This document shows positions 1 through 15,000 of a stretch of DNA of 64,000 nucleotides, piece by piece; position 1 is the stretch's first letter; every line of letters starts with the position of its first letter. The stretch covers positions 408,208,001 through 408,272,000 of the forward strand of contig OZ024741.1 of the NCBI GenBank assembly GCA_964016885.1, given 5' to 3'. The DNA is from Eledone cirrhosa. Lineage: Eukaryota. The notes under the pieces were generated by a model. The model had not been told where the DNA came from. It saw only the letters and a program-made list of their open reading frames with translations, and did not search any database. Made by a program: the position numbers and the translations under genes.

Positions 1-3000
1 GGTTAACAGGTTTTTTGGGTGGAGGGCTGGGTAACTGGAAGGTTTGCAGATTTCTTGGGTGGATGCCTGGGTAACTGGAAGTTTAGCAGGTTTGTTGGGT
101 GCATGGCTGGGTTACTGGAAGATTAGCAGGTTTGTTGGGTGGATGGCTGGGTAACTGGAAAGTTAGCAGGTTTGTTGGATGGATGGCTGGGTATTGAAAG
201 GTTAGCAGGTTTGTTGGGTAGATGGCTAGGTAACTGGAAGTTTAGCTGGTTTGTTGGGTGGATGGCTGGGTAACTGGAAGGTTAGCAGGTTTGTTGGGTG
301 GATGGCTGAGTAACTGGAAGGTTAGCAGTTTTGTTGGGTGGATGGCTGGGTAACTGGAAGATTAGCAGGTTTGTTGGGTGGATGGCTGGGTACCTGGAAG
401 ATTAGCAGGTTTGTTGGGTGGATGGCTGGGTAACTGGAAGTTTAACAGGTCTGTTGGGTGGATGGCTGAGTAACTGGAAGGTTAACAGGTATGTTGGGTG
501 GATGGCTGAGTAACTGGAAGGTTAGCAGGTTTGTTGGGTGGATGGCTGAGTAACTGGTAGGTTAACAGGTTTGTTTGGTGGGTGGCTGGGTAACTGGAAG
601 ATTAACAGGTTTGTTGGGTGGATGGCTGGGTAACTGGAAGGTTAACAGGTAAGTTGGGTGGATGGTTGGGTAACTGGAAGGTTAACAGGTTTGTTGGGTG
701 GATGGCTGGGTAACTGGAAGGTTAACAGGTTTGTTGGGTGGATGGCTGAGTAACTGGAAGGTTAGCAGGTTTGTTGGGTGGATGGCTGAGTAACTGGAAG
801 GTTAACAGTTTTGTTGGGTGGATGGCTGAGTAACTGGAAGGTTAACAGTTTTGTTGGGTGGATGGCTGAGTCACTGGTAGGTTAACAGGTTTGTTTGGTG
901 GGTGGCTGGTTAACTGGAAGATTAACAGGTTTGTTGGGTGGATGGCTGGGTATTTGGAAGGTTAACAGGTAAGTTGGGTGGAATGCTGGGTAACTGGAAG
1001 GTTAACTGGTTTGTTGGGTGGATGGCTGGTTAACTGGAAGGTTAATAGGTTTGTTGGGTGGATGGCTGAGTAACTGAAAGATTAATAGGTTTGTTGGGTG
1101 GATGGCTGAGTAACTGGAAGGTTAATAGGTTTGTTGGGTGGATGGCTGAGTAACTGGCAGGTTAATAGATTTGTTGGGTGGATGGCTGGGTAACTGGAAG
1201 GTTAGCAGTTTTGTTGGGTGGATGGCTGAGTAACTGGAAGGTTAACAGTTTTGTTGGGTGGATTCCTGGGTAACTGGAAGGTTAGCAGGTTTGTTGGGTG
1301 GATGGCTGAGTAACTGGAAGGTTAACAGGTTTGTTGGGTGGATGGCTGAGTAACTGGAAGGTTAATAGGTTTGTTGGGTGGATGGCTGGGTAACTGGAAG
1401 GTTAGCAGGTTTGTTGGGTGGATGGATGGGTAACTGGAACTTAGCAGGTTTGTTGGGTGGATGGCTGAGTAACTGGAAGGTTAACAGTTTTGTTGGGTGG
1501 ATTCATGGGTAACTGGAAGGTTAGCAGGATTGTTGGGTGGATGGCTGAGTAACTGGAAGGTTAACAGGTTTGTTGGGTGGATGGCTGAGTAACTGGAAGG
1601 TTAATAGGTATGTTGGGTGGATGGCTGGGTAACTCGAAGATTAGCATGTTTGTTGAGTGGATGGCTGGGTAACTGGAAGTTTAGCAGGTTTGTCGGGTGG
1701 ATGGCTGAGTAACTGGAAGGTAACAGGTTTGTTGGGTGGATGGCTGGGTGACTGGAAGGTTAGCAGGTTTGTTGGGTGGATGGCTGTGTAACTGGAAGAT
1801 TAACAGGTTTGTTGGGTGGATGGCTGGGTAACTGGAAGGTTAACAGGTAAGTTGGGTGGATGGCTGGGTAACTGGAAGGTTAACAGGTTTGTTGGGTGGA
1901 TGGCTGGGTAACTGGAAGGTTAATAGGTTTGTTGGCTGGATGGCTGGGGGACTGGAAGGTTAGCAGGTTTGTTGGGTGGATGGCTGGTTACCGGAAGGTT
2001 AACAGGTTTTTTGGGTGGAGGGCTGGGCAACTGGAAGGTTAGCAGATTTGTTGGGTGGATACCTGGGTAACTGGAAGTTTAGCAGGTTTGTTGGGTGCAT
2101 GGCTGGGTTACTGGAAGGTTAGCAGGTTTGTTGGGTGGATGGCTGGGTAACTGGAAGGTTAGCAGGTTTGTTGGATGGATGGCTGGGTACTGAAAGGTTA
2201 GCAGGATTGTTGGGTAGATGGCTAGGTAACTGGAAGGTTAGATGGTTTGTTGGGTGGATGGCTGGGTAACTGGAAGGTTAGCAGTTTTGTTGGGTGGATG
2301 GCTGAGTAACTGGAAGGTTAGCAGTTTTGTTGGGTGGATGGCTGGGTATTTGGAAGATTAGCAGGTTTGTTGGGTGGATTGCTGGGTAACTGGAAGATTA
2401 GCAGATTTGTTGGGTGGATGGCTGGGTAACTGGGAGGTTAACAGGTCTGTTGGGTGGATGGCTGAGTAACTGGAAGGTTAACAGGTTTGTTGGGTGGATG
2501 GCTGGGTAACTGGAAGCTTAACAGGTTTGTTGGGTGGATGGCTGGGTAACTGGAAGGTTAATAGGTTTGTTGGCTGGATGGCTGGGTAACTGGAAGGTTA
2601 GCAGGTTTGTTGGGTGGATGGCTGGGTACCGGATGGTTAACAGGTTTTTTGGGTGGAGGGCTGGGTAACTGGAAGGTTAGCAGATTTGTTGGGTGGATGC
2701 CTGGGTACTTGGAAGTTTAGCAGGTTTGTTGGGTGCATGGCTGGGTTACTGGAAGGTTAGCAGGTTTGTTGGGTGGATGGCTGGGTAACTGGAAGTTTAA
2801 CAGGTCTGTTGGGTGGATGGCAGAGTAACTGGAAGGTTAACAGGTATGTTGGGTGGATGGCTGAGTAACTGGAAGGTTAGCAGGTTTGTTGGGTGGATGG
2901 CTGAGTAACTGGTAGGTTAACAGGTTTGTTTGGTGGGTGGCTGGTTAAGTGGAAGATTAACAGGTTTGTTGGGTGGATGGCTGGGCAACTGGAAGGTTAA

Positions 3001-6000
3001 CAGTTAAGTTGGGTGGAATGCTGGGTAACTGGAAGGTTAACAGGTTTGTTGGGTGGATGGCTGGGTAACTGGAAGGTTTACAGGTTTGTTGGGTTGATGG
3101 CTGGTTAACTGGAAGGTTAATAGGTTTGTTGGGTGGATGGCTGAGTAACTGGAAGGTTAATAGGTTTGTTGGGTGGATGGCTGAGTAACTGGAAGGTTAA
3201 TAGGTTTGTTGGGTGAATGGCTGGGTAACTGGAAGGTTAACAGTTTTGTTGGGTGGATTCATGGGTAACTGGAAGGTTAGCAGGATTGATGGGTGGATGG
3301 CTGAGTAACTGGAAGGTTAACAGGTTTGTTGGGTGGATGGCTGGGTAACTCGAAGATTAGCAGGTTTGTTGAGTGGATGGCTGGGTAACTGGAAGTTTAG
3401 CAGGTTTGTTGGGTGGATGGCTGAGTAACTGGAAGGTTAACAGGTTTGTTGGGTGGATGGCTGGGTAACTGGAAGGTTAGCAGGTTTGTTGGTTGGATGG
3501 CTGGGTAACTGGAAGATTAACAGGTTTGTTGGGTGGATGGCTGGGTTACTGGAAGGTTAGCAGGTTTGTTGGGTGGATGGCAGGGTAACTGGAAGGTTAG
3601 CAGGTTTGTTGGATGGATGGCTGGGTACTGAAATGTTAGCAGGATTGTTGGGTAGATGGCTAGGTAACTGGAAGGTTAACAGGTTTGTTGGGTAGATGGC
3701 TAGGTAACTGGAAGGTTAGATGGTTTGTTGGGTGGATGGCTGGGTAACTGGAAGGTTAGCAGGTTTGTTGGGTGGATGGCTGAGTAACTGGAAGGTTAGC
3801 AGTTTTGTTGGGTGGATGGCTGGGTATTTGGAGGATTAGCAGGTTTGTTGGGTGGATTGCTGGGTAACTGGAAGATTAGCAGGATTGTTGGGTGGATGGC
3901 TGGGTAACTGGGAGGTTAACAGGTATGTTGGGTGGATGGCTGAGTAACTGGAAGGTTAACAGGTTTGTTGGGTGGATGGCTGGGTAACTGGAAGCTTAAC
4001 AGGTTTGTTGGGTGGATGGCTGGGTAACTGGAAGGTTAATAGGTTTGTTGGCTGGATGGCTGGGTAACTGGAAGGTTAGCAGGTTTGTTGGGTGGATGGC
4101 TGGGTACCGGATGGTTAACAGGTTTTTTGGGTGGAGGGCTGGGTAACTGGAAGGTTAGCAGATTTGTTGGGTGGATGCCTGGGTACTTGGAAGTTTAGCA
4201 GGTTTGTTGGGTGCATGGCTGGGTTACTGGAAGGTTAGCAGGTTTGTTGGGTGGATGGCTGGGTAACTGGAAGTTTAACAGGTCTGTTGGGTGGATGGCA
4301 GAGTAACTGGAAGGTTAACAGGTATGTTGGGTGGATGGCTGAGTAACTGGAAGGTTAGCAGGTTTGTTGGGTGGATGGCTGAGTAACTGGTAGGTTAACA
4401 GGTTTGTTTGTTGGGTGGCTGGTTAACTGGAAGATTAACAGGTTTGTTGGGTGGATGGCTGGGTAACTGGAAGGTTAACAATTAAGTTGGTTGGAATGCT
4501 GGGTAACTGGAAGGTTAACAGGTTTGTTGGGTGGATGGCTGGGTGACTGGAAGGTTTACAGGTTTGTTGGGTGGATGGCTGGTTAACTGGAAGGTTAATA
4601 GGTTTGTTGGGTGGATGGCTAAGTAACTGGAAGGTTAATAGGTTTGTTGGGTGGATGGCTGAGTAACTGGAAGGTTAATAGGTTTGTTGGGTGAATGGCT
4701 GGGTAACTGGAAGGTTAACAGTTTTGTTGGGTGGATTCATGGGTAACTGGAAGGTTAGCAGGATTGTTGGGTGGATGGCTGAGTAACTGGAAGGTTAACA
4801 GGTTTGTTGGGTGGATGGCTGGGTAACTCGAAGATTAGCAGGTTTGTTGAGTGGATGGCTGGGTAACTGGAAGTTTAGCTGGTTTGTTGGGTGGATGGCT
4901 GAGTAACTGGAAGGTTAACAGGTTTGTTGGGTGGATGGCTGGGTAACTGGAAGGTTAGCAGGTTTGTTGGGTGGATGGCTGGGTAACTGGAAGATTAACA
5001 GGTTTGTTGGGTGGATGGCTGGGTAACTGGAAGGTTAACAGGTAAGTTGGGTGGATGGCTGGGTAACTGGAAGGTTAACAGTTTTGTTGGGTGGATGGCT
5101 GGGTAACTGGAAGGTTAATAGGTTTGTTGGCTGGATGGCTGAGTAACTGGAAGGTTAGCAGGTTTGTTGGGTGGATGGCTGGGTACCGGAAGGTTAACAG
5201 GTTTTTTGGGTGGAGGGCTGGGTAACTGGAAGTTTAGCAGATTTGTTGGGTGGATACCTGGGTAACTGGAAGTTTAGCAGGTTTGTCGGGGGCATGGCTG
5301 GGTTACTGGAAGGTTAGCAGGTTTGTTGGGTGGATGGCTGGGTAACTGGAAGGTTAGCAGGTTTGTTGGATGGATGGCTGGGTACTGAAAGGTTAGCAGG
5401 ATTGTTGGGTAGATGGCTAGGTAACTGGAAGGTTAGCTGGTTTGTTGGGTGGATGGCTGAGTAAATGGTAGGTTAACAGGTTTGTTGGGTGGATGGCTGG
5501 GTAACTCGAAGATTAGCAGGTTTGTTGGGTGGATGGCTGGGTATTTGGAAGATTAGCAGGTTTGTTGGGTGGATGTGGCTGGGTAACTGGAAGGTTAACA
5601 GGTTTGTTGGGTGGATGGCTGAGTAACTGGAAGGTTAGCAGGTTTGTTGGGTGGATGGCTGAGTAACTGGAAGGTTAACAGGTTTGTTGGGTGGATGGCT
5701 GAGTAACTGGAAGGTTAACAGTTTTGTTGGGTGGATGGCTGAGTCACTGGTAGGTTAACAGGTTTGTTTGGTGGGTGGCTGGGTAACTGGAAGATTAACA
5801 GGTTTGTTGGGTGGATGGCTGGGTAACTGGAAGGTTAACAGGTAAGTTGGGTGGATGGCTGGGTAACTGGAAGGTTAACAGGTTTGTTGGGTGGATGGCT
5901 GTGTAACTGGAAGGTTAACAGGTTTGTTGGGTGGATGGCTGAGTAACTGGAAGTTTAGCAGGTTTGTTGGGTGGATGGCTGAGTAACTGGAGGGTTAACA

Positions 6001-9000
6001 GGTTTGTTGGGTGGATGGCTTAGTAACTGGAAGGTTAACAGGTTGTAGGGTGGATGGCTGAGTAACTGGAAGGTTAACAGGTTTGTTGGGTGGATGGCTG
6101 GGTAACTGGGAGGATAGCAGGTTTGTTGGGTGGATGGCTGAGTAACTGGAAGGTTAACAGTTTTGTTGGGTTGATTCCTGGGTAACTGGAAGGTTAGCAG
6201 GTTTGTTGGGTGGATGGCTGGGTAACTGGAAGATTAACAGGTTTGTTGGGTGGATGGCTGGGTAACTGGAAGGTTAACAGGTAAGTTGGGTGGATGGCTG
6301 GGTAACTGGAAGGTTAACAGCTTTGTTGGGTGGATGGCTGGGTATTGGAAGTTTAGCAGGTTTGTTGGGTGGATGGCTGAGTAACTGGAAGGTTAACAGA
6401 TTTGTTGGGTGGATGGCTGAGTAACTGGAAGGCTAACAGGTTTGTTGGGTGGATGGCTGAGTAACTGGAAGGTTAACAGATTTGTTGGGTGGATGGCTGA
6501 GTAACTGGAAGATTAACAGGTTTGTTGGGTGGATGGCTGGGTAACTGGAAGGTTAACAGGTAAGTTGGGTGGAATGCTGGGTAACTGGAAGGTTAACAGG
6601 TTTGTTGGGTGGATGGCTGGGTAACTGGAAGGTTTACAGGTTTGTTGGGTGGATGGCTGGTTAACTGGAAGGTTAATAGGTTTGTTGGGTGGATGGCTGA
6701 GTAACTGGAAGGTTAATAGGTTTGTTGGGTGGATGGCTGAGTAACTGGAAGGTTAATAGGTTTGTTGGGTGGATGGCTGGGTAACTGGAAGGTTAGCAGG
6801 TTTGTTGGGTGGATGGATGGGTAACTGGAACTTAGCAGGTTTGTTGGGTGGATGGCTGAGTAACTGGAAGGTTAACAGTTTTGTTGGGTGGTATCATGGG
6901 TAACTGGAAGATTAGCAGGATTGTTGGGTGGATGGCTGAGTAACTGGAAGGTGAACAGGTTTGTTGGGTGGATGGCTGGGTAACTCGAAGATTAGCAGTT
7001 TTGTTGAGTGGATGGCTGGGTAACTGGAAGTTTAGCAGTTTTGTTGGGTGGATGGCTGAGTAACTAGAAGGTTAACAGGTTTGTTGGGTGGATGGCTGAG
7101 TAACTGGAAGGTTAGCAGGTTTGTTGGGTGGATGGCTGGGTAACTGGAAGATTAACAGGTTTGTTGGGTGGATGGCTGGGTAACTGGAAGGTTAACAGGT
7201 AAGTTGGGTGGATGGCTGGGTAACTGGAAGTTTAACAGGTTTGTTGGGTGGATGGCTGGGTAACTGGAAGGTTAATAGGTTTGTTGGCTGGATGGCTGGG
7301 TAACTGGAAGGTTAGCAGGTTTGTTGGGTGGATGGCTGGGTACCGGAAGGTTAACAGGTTTTTTGGGTGGAGGGCTGGGTAACTGGAAGGTTAGCAGATT
7401 TGTTGGGTGGATACCTGGGTAACTGGAAGTTTAGCAGGTTTGTTGGGTGCATGGCTGGGTTACTGGAAGGTTAGCAGGTTTGTTGGGTGGATGGCTGGGT
7501 AACTGGAAGGTTAGCAGGTTTGTTGGATGGATGGCTGGGTACTGAAAGGTTAGCAGGATTGTTGGGTAGATGGCTAGGTAACTGGAAGTTTAGCTAGGTT
7601 TGTTGGGTGGATGGCTGGGTAACTGGAAGATTAGCAGGTTTGTTGGGTGGATGGCTGAGTAACTGGAAGGTTAGCAGTTTTGTTGGGTGGATGGCTGGGT
7701 ATGTGGAAGATTAGCAGGTTTGTTGGGTGGATGGCTGGGTAACTGGAAGATTAGCAGGTTTGTTGGGTGGATGGTTGGGTAACTGGAAGGTTAACAGTTC
7801 TGTTGGGTGGATGGCTGAGTAACTGGAAGGTTAACAGGTTTGTTTGGTGGGTGGCTGGTTAACTGGAAGATTAACAGGTTTGTTGGGTGGATGGCTGAGT
7901 AACTGGAAGGTTAGCAGGTTTGTTGGGTGGATGGCTGAGTAACTGGTAGGTTAACAGGTTTGTTTGGTGGGTGGCTGGTTAACTGGAAGATTAACAGGTT
8001 TGTTGGGTGGATGGCTGGGTAACTGGAAGGTTAACAGTTAAGTTGGGTGGAATGCTGGGTAACTGGAAGGTTCACAGGTTTGTTGGGTGGATGGCTGGGT
8101 AACTGGAAGGTTTACAGGTTTGTTGGGTGGATGGCTGGTTAACTGGAAGGTTAATAGGTTTGTTGGGTGGATGGCTGAGTAACTGGAAGGTTAATAGATT
8201 TGTTGGGTGGATGGCTGAGTAACTGGAAGGTTAATAGGTTTGTTGGGTGAATGGCTGGGTAACTGGAAGGTTAACAGGTTTGTTGGGTGGATTCATGGGT
8301 AACTGGAAGGTTAGCAGGATTGTTGGGTGGATGGCTGGGTAACTGGAAGGTTTACAGGTTTGTTGGGTGGATGGCTGGGTAACTGGAAGATTAACAGGTT
8401 TGTTGGGTGGATGGCTGGGTTACTGGAAGGTTAGCAGGTTTGTTGGATGGATGGCTGGGTACTGAAAGGTTAGCAGGATTGTTGGGTAGATGGCTAGGTA
8501 ACTGGAAGGTTAACAGGTTTGTTGGGTAGATGGCTAGGTAACTGGAAGGTTAGATGGTTTGTTGGGTGGATGGCTGGGTAACTGGAAGGTTAGCAGGTTT
8601 GTTGGGTGGATGGCTGAGTAACTGGAAGGTTAGCAGTTTTGTTGGGTGGATGGCTGGGTATTTGGAAGATTAGCAGGTTTGTTGGGTGGATTGCTGGGTA
8701 ACTGGAAGATTAGCAGGTTTGTTGGGTGGATGGCTGGGTAACTGGGAGGTTAACAGGTCTGTTGGGTGGATGGCTGAGTAACTGGAAGGTTAACAGGTTT
8801 GTTGGGTGGATGGCTGGGTAACTGGAAGCTTAACAGGTTTGTTGGGTGGATGGCTGGGTAACTGGAAGGTTAATAGGTTTGTTGGCTGGATGGCTGGGTA
8901 ACTGGAAGGTTAGCAGGTTTGTTGGGTGGATGGCTGGGTACCGGATGGTTAACAGGTTTTTTGGGTGGAGGGCTGGGTAACTGGAAGGTTAGCAGATTTG

Positions 9001-12000
9001 TTGGGTGGATGCCTGGGTACTTGGAAGTTTAGCAGGTTTGTTGGGTGCATGGCTGGGTTACTGGAAGGTTAGCAGGTTTGTTGGGTGGATGGCTGGGTAA
9101 CTGGAAGTTTAACAGGTCTGTTGGGTGGATGGCAGAGTAACTGGAAGGTTAACAGGTATGTTGGGTGGATGGCTGAGTAACTGGAAGGTTAGCAGGTTTG
9201 TTGGGTGGATGGCTGAGTAACTGGTAGGTTAACAGGTTTGTTGGGTGGATGGCTGGGTAACTCGAAGATTAGCAGGTTTGTTGGGTGGATGGCTGGGTAT
9301 TTGGAAGATTAGCAGGTTTGTTGGGTAGATGGCTGGGTAACTGGAAGATTAGCAGGTTTGTTGGGTGGATGGCTGGGTAACTGGGAGGTTAACAGGTCTG
9401 TTGGGTGGATGGCTGAGTAACTGGAAGGTTAACAGGTTTGTTTGGTGGGTGACTGGGTAACTGGAAGGTTAACAGGTTTGTTGGGTGGATGGCTGGGTAA
9501 CTGGAAGATTAACAGATTTGTTGGGTGGATGGCTGGGTAACTGGAAGGTTAATAGGTTTGTTGGCTGGATGGCTGCGTAACTGGAAGGTTAGCAGGTTTG
9601 TTGGGTGGATGGCTGGGTACCGGAAGGTTAACAGGTTTTTTGGGTGGAGGGCTGGGTAACTGGAAGGTTAGCAGTTTTGTTGGGTGGATGGCTGGGTAAC
9701 TGGAAGATTAGCAGGTTTGTTGGGTGGGTGGCTGGGTAACTGGAAGATTAGCAGGTTTGTTGGGTGGATGGCTGGGTAACTGGGAGGTTAACAGGTATGT
9801 TGGGTGGATGGCTGAGTAACTGGAAGGTTAACAGATTTGTTGGGTGGATGGCTGGGTAACTGGAAGGTTAACAGGTTTGTTGGGTGGATGGCTGGGTAAC
9901 TGGAAGGTTAATAGGTTTGTTGGCTGGATGGCTGGGTAACTGGAAGGTTAGCAGGTTTGTTGGGTGGATGGCTGGGTACCGGAAGGTTAACAGGTTTTTT
10001 GGGTGGAGGGCTGGGTAACTGGAAGGTTAGCAGATTTGTTGGGTGGATGCCTGGGTAACTGGAAGTTTAGCAGTTTTGTTGGGTGCATGGCTGGGTTACT
10101 GGAAGGTTAGCAGGTTTGTTGGGTTGATGGCTGGGTAACTGGAAGGTTAGCAGGTTTGTTGGATGGATGGCTGGGTATGAAAGGTTAGCAGGTTTGTTGG
10201 CTAGATGCTAGGTAACTGGAAGGTTAGCTGGTTTGTTGGGTGGGTGGCTGGGTAACTGGAAGGTTAGCAGGTTTGTTGTGTGGATGGCTGAGTAACTGGA
10301 AGGTCAACAGGTTTGTTGGGTGGATGGCTGAGTAACTGGTAGGTTAACAGGTTTGTTTGGTGGGTGACTGGGTAACTGGAAGGTTAACAGGTTTGTTGGG
10401 TGGATGGCTGGGTAACTGGAAGATTAACAGGTTTGTTGGGTGGATGGCTGGGTAACTGGAAGGTTAATAGGTTTGTTGGCTGGATGGCTGGGTAACTGGA
10501 AGGTTAGCAGGTTTGTTGGGTGGATGGCTGGGTACCGGAATGTTAACAGGTTTTTTGGGTGGAGGGCTGGGTAACTGGAAGGTTTGCAGATTTCTTGGGT
10601 GGATGCCTGGGTAACTGGAAGTTTAGCAGGTTTGTTGGATGGATGGCTGGGTATTGAAAGGTTAGCCGGTTTGTTGGGTAGATGGCTAGGTAACTGGAAG
10701 TTTAGCTGGTTTGTTGGGTGGATGGCTGGGTAACTGGAAGGTTAGCAGTTTTGTTGGGTGGATGGCTGGGTATTTGGAAGATTAGCAGGTTTGTTGGGTG
10801 GATGGCTGGGTACCTGGAAGATTAGCAGGTTTGTTTGGTGGGTGGCTGGGTAACTGGAAGATTAACAGGTTTGTTGGGTGGATGGCTGGGTAACTGGAAG
10901 GTTAACAGGTAGGTTGGGTGGATGGCAGGGTAACTGGAAGGTTAACAGGTTTGTTGGGTGGATGGCTGGGTAACTGGAAGGTTAACAGGTTTGTTGGGTG
11001 GATGGCTGAGTAACTGGAAGGTTAGCAGGTTTGTTGGGTGGATGGCTGAGTAACTGGAAGGTTAACAGTTTTGTTGGGTGGATGGCTGAGTAACTGGAAG
11101 GTTAACAGTTTTGTTGGGTGGATGGCTGAGTCACTGGTAGGTTAACAGGTTTGTTTGGTGGGTGGCTGGTTAACTGGAAGATTAACAGGTTTGTTGGGTG
11201 GATGGCTGGGTAACTGGAAGGTTAACAGGTAAGTTGGGTGGAATGCTGGGTAACTGGAAGGTTAACAGGTTTGTTGGGTGGATGGCTGGTTAACTGGAAG
11301 GTTAATAGGTTTGTTGGGTGGATGGCTGAGTAACTGGAAGATTAATAGGTTTGTTGGGTGGATGGCTGAGTAACTGGAAGGTTAATAGGTTTGTTGGGTG
11401 GATGGCTGAGTAACTGGCAGGTTAATAGATTTGTTGGGTGGATGGCTGGGTAACTGGAAGGTTAGCAGTTTTGTTGGGTGGATGGCTGAGTAACTGGAAG
11501 GTTAACAGTTTTGTTGGGTGGATTCCTGGGTAACTGGAAGTTTAGCAGGTTTGTTGGGTGGATGGCTGAGTAACTGGAAGGTTAACAGGTTTGTTGGGTG
11601 GATGGCTGAGTAACTGGAAGGTTAATAGGTTTGTTGGGTGGATGGCTGGGTAACTGGAAGGTTAGCAGGTTTGTTGGGTGGATGGATGGGTAACTGGAAC
11701 TTAGCAGGTTTGTTGGGTGGATGGCTGAGTAACTGGAAGGTTAACAGTTTTGTTGGGTGGATGGCTGGGTAACTGGAAGGTTAGCAGGATTGTTGGGTGG
11801 ATGGCTGAGTAACTGGAAGGTTAACAGGTTTGTTGGGTGGATGGCTGAGTAACTGGAAGGTTAATAGGTATGTTGGGTGGATGGCTGGGTAACTCGAAGA
11901 TTAGCAGGTTTGTTGAGTGGATGGCTGGGTAACTGGAAGTTTAGCAGGTTTGTTGGGTGGATGGCTGAGTAACTGGAAGGTTAACAGGTTTGTTGGGTGG

Positions 12001-15000
12001 ATGGCTGGGTAACTGGAAGGTTAGCAGGTTTGTTGGGTGGATGGCTGTGTAACTGGAAGATTAACAGGTTTGTTGGGTGGATGGCTGGGTAACTGGAAGG
12101 TTAACAGGTAAGTTGGGTGGATGGCTGGGTAACTGGAAGGTTAACAGGTTTGTTGGGTGGATGGCTGGGTAACTGGAAGGTTAATAGGTTTGTTGGCTGG
12201 ATGGCTGGGTGACTGGAAGGTTAGCAGGTTTGTTGGGCGGATGGCTGGTTACCGGAAGGTTAACAGGTTTTTTGGGTGGAGGGCTGGGCAACTGGAAGGT
12301 TAGCAGATTTGTTGGGTGGATACCTGGGTAACTGGAAGTTTAGCAGGTTTGTTGGGTGCATGGCTGGGTTACTGGAAGGTTAGCAGGTTTGTTGGGTGGA
12401 TGGCTGGGTAACTGGAAGGTTAGCAGGTTTGTTGGATGGATGGCTGGGTACTGAAAGGTTAGCAGGATTGTTGGGTAGATGGCTAGGTAACTGGAAGGTT
12501 AGATGGTTTGTTGGGTGGATGGCTGGGTAACTGGAAGGTTAGCAGGTTTGTTGGGTGGATGGCTGAGTAACTGGAAGGTTAGCAGTTTTGTTGGGTGGAT
12601 GGCTGGGTATTTGGAAGATTAGCAGGTTTGTTGGGTGGATTGCTGGGTAACTGGAAGATTAGCAGGTTTGTTGGGTGGATGGCTGGGTAACTGGGAGGTT
12701 AACAGGTCTGTTGGGTGGATGGCTGAGTAACTGGAAGGTTAACAGGTTTGTTGGGTGTATGGCTGGGTAACTGGAAGCTTAACAGGTTTGTTGGGTGGAT
12801 GGCTGGGTAACTGGAAGGTTAATAGGTTTGTTGGCTGGATGGCTGCGTAACTGGAAGGTTAGCAGGTTTGTTGGGTGGATGGCTGGGTACCGGATGGTTA
12901 ACAGGTTTTTTGGGTGGAGGGCTGGGTAACTGGAAGGTTAGCAGATTTGTTGGGTGGATGCCTGGGTACTTGGAAGTTTAGCAGGTTTGTTGGGTGCATG
13001 GCTGGGTTACTGGAAGGTTAGCAGGTTTGTTGGGTGGATGGCTGGGTAACTGGAAGTTTAACAGGTCTGTTGGGTGGATGGCAGAGTAACTGGAAGGTTA
13101 ACAGGTATGTTGGGTGGATGGCTGAGTAACTGGAAGGTTAGCAGGTTTGTTGGGTGGATGGCTGAGTAACTGGTAGGTTAACAGGTTTGTTTGGTGGGTG
13201 GCTGGTTAACTGGAAGATTAACAGGTTTGTTGGGTGGATGGCTGGGTAACTGGAAGGTTAACAGTTAAGTTGGGTGGAATGCTGGGTAACTGGAAGGTTA
13301 ACAGGTTTGTTGGGTGGATGGCTGGGTAACTGGAAGGTTTACAGGTTTGTTGGGTGGATGGCTGGTTAACTGGAAGGTTAATAGGTTTGTTGGGTGGATG
13401 GCTGAGTAACTGGAAGGTTAATAGGTTTGTTGGGTGGATGGCTGAGTAACTGGAAGGTTAATAGGTTTGTTGGGTGAATGGCTGGGTAACTGGAAGGTTA
13501 ACAGTTTTGTTGGGTGGATTCCTGGGTAACTGGAAGGTTAGCAGGATTGATGGGTGGATGGCTGAGTAACTGGAAGGTTAACAGGTTTGTTGGGTGGATG
13601 GCTGGCTAACTCGAAGATTAGCAGGTTTGTTGAGTGGATGGCTGGGTAACTGGAAGTTTAGCAGGTTTGTTGGGTGGATGGCTGAGTAACTGGAAGGTTA
13701 ACAGGTTTGTTGGGTGGATGGCTGGGTAACTGGAAGGTTAGCAGGTTTGTTGGATGGATGGCTGGGTAACTGGAAGATTAACAGGTTTGTTGGGTGGATG
13801 GCTGGGTTACTGGAAGTTTAGCAGGTTTGTTGGGTGGATGGCAGGGTAACTGGAAGGTTAGCAGGTTTGTTGGATGGATGGCTGGGTACTGAAAGGTTAG
13901 CAGGATTGTTGGGTAGATGGCTAGGTAACTGGAAGGTTAACAGGTTTGTTGGGTAGATGGCTAGGTAACTGGAAGGTTAGATGGTTTGTTGGGTGGATGG
14001 CTGTGTAACTGGAAGGTTAGCAGGTTTGTTGGGTGGATGGCTGAGTAACTGGAAGGTTAGCAGTTTTGTTGGGTGGATGGCTGGGTATTTGGAAGATTAG
14101 CAGGTTTGTTGGGTGGATTGCTGGGTAACTGGAAGATTAGCAGGTTTGTTGGGTGGATGGCTGGGTAACTGGGAGGTTAACAGGTCTGTTGGGTGGATGG
14201 CTGAGTAACTGGAAGGTTAACAGGTTTGTTGGGTGGATGGCTGGGTAACTGGAAGCTTAACAGGTTTGTTGGGTGGATGGCTGGGTAACTGGAAGGTTAA
14301 TAGGTTTGTTGGCTGGATGGCTGGGTAACTGGAAGGTTAGCAGGTTTGTTGGGTGGATGGCTGGGTACCGGATGGTTAACAGGTTTTTTGGGTGGAGGGC
14401 TGGGTAACTGGAAGGTTAGCAGATTTGTTGGGTGGATGCCTGGGTAACTGGAAGGTTAGCAGGATTGATGGGTGGATGGCTGAGTAACTGGAAGGTTAAC
14501 AGGTTTGTTGGGTGGATGGCTGGGTAACTCGAAGATTAGCAGATTTGTTGTGTGGATGCCTGGGTAACTGGAAGTTTAGCAGGTTTGTTGGGTGCATGGC
14601 TGGGATACTGGAAGATTAGCAGGTTTGTTGGGTGGATGGCTGGGTAACTGGAAAGTTAGCAGGTTTATTGGATGGATGGCTGGGTATTGAAAGGTTAGCC
14701 GGTTTGTTGGGTAGATGGCTAGGTAACTGGAAGTTTAGCTGGTTTGTTGGGTGGATGGCTGGGTAACTGGAAGGTTAGCAGGTTTGTTGGGTGGATTCAT
14801 GGGTACTGAAAGGTTAGCAGGATTGTTGGGTAGATGGCTAGGTAACTGGAAGGTTAACAGGTTTGTTGGGTAGATGGCTAGGTAACTGGAAGGTTAGATG
14901 GTTTGTTGGGTGGATGGCTGGGTAACTGGAAGGTTAGCAGGTTTGTTGGGTGGATGGCTGAGTAACTGGAAGGTTAGCAGTTTTGTTGGGTGGATGGCTG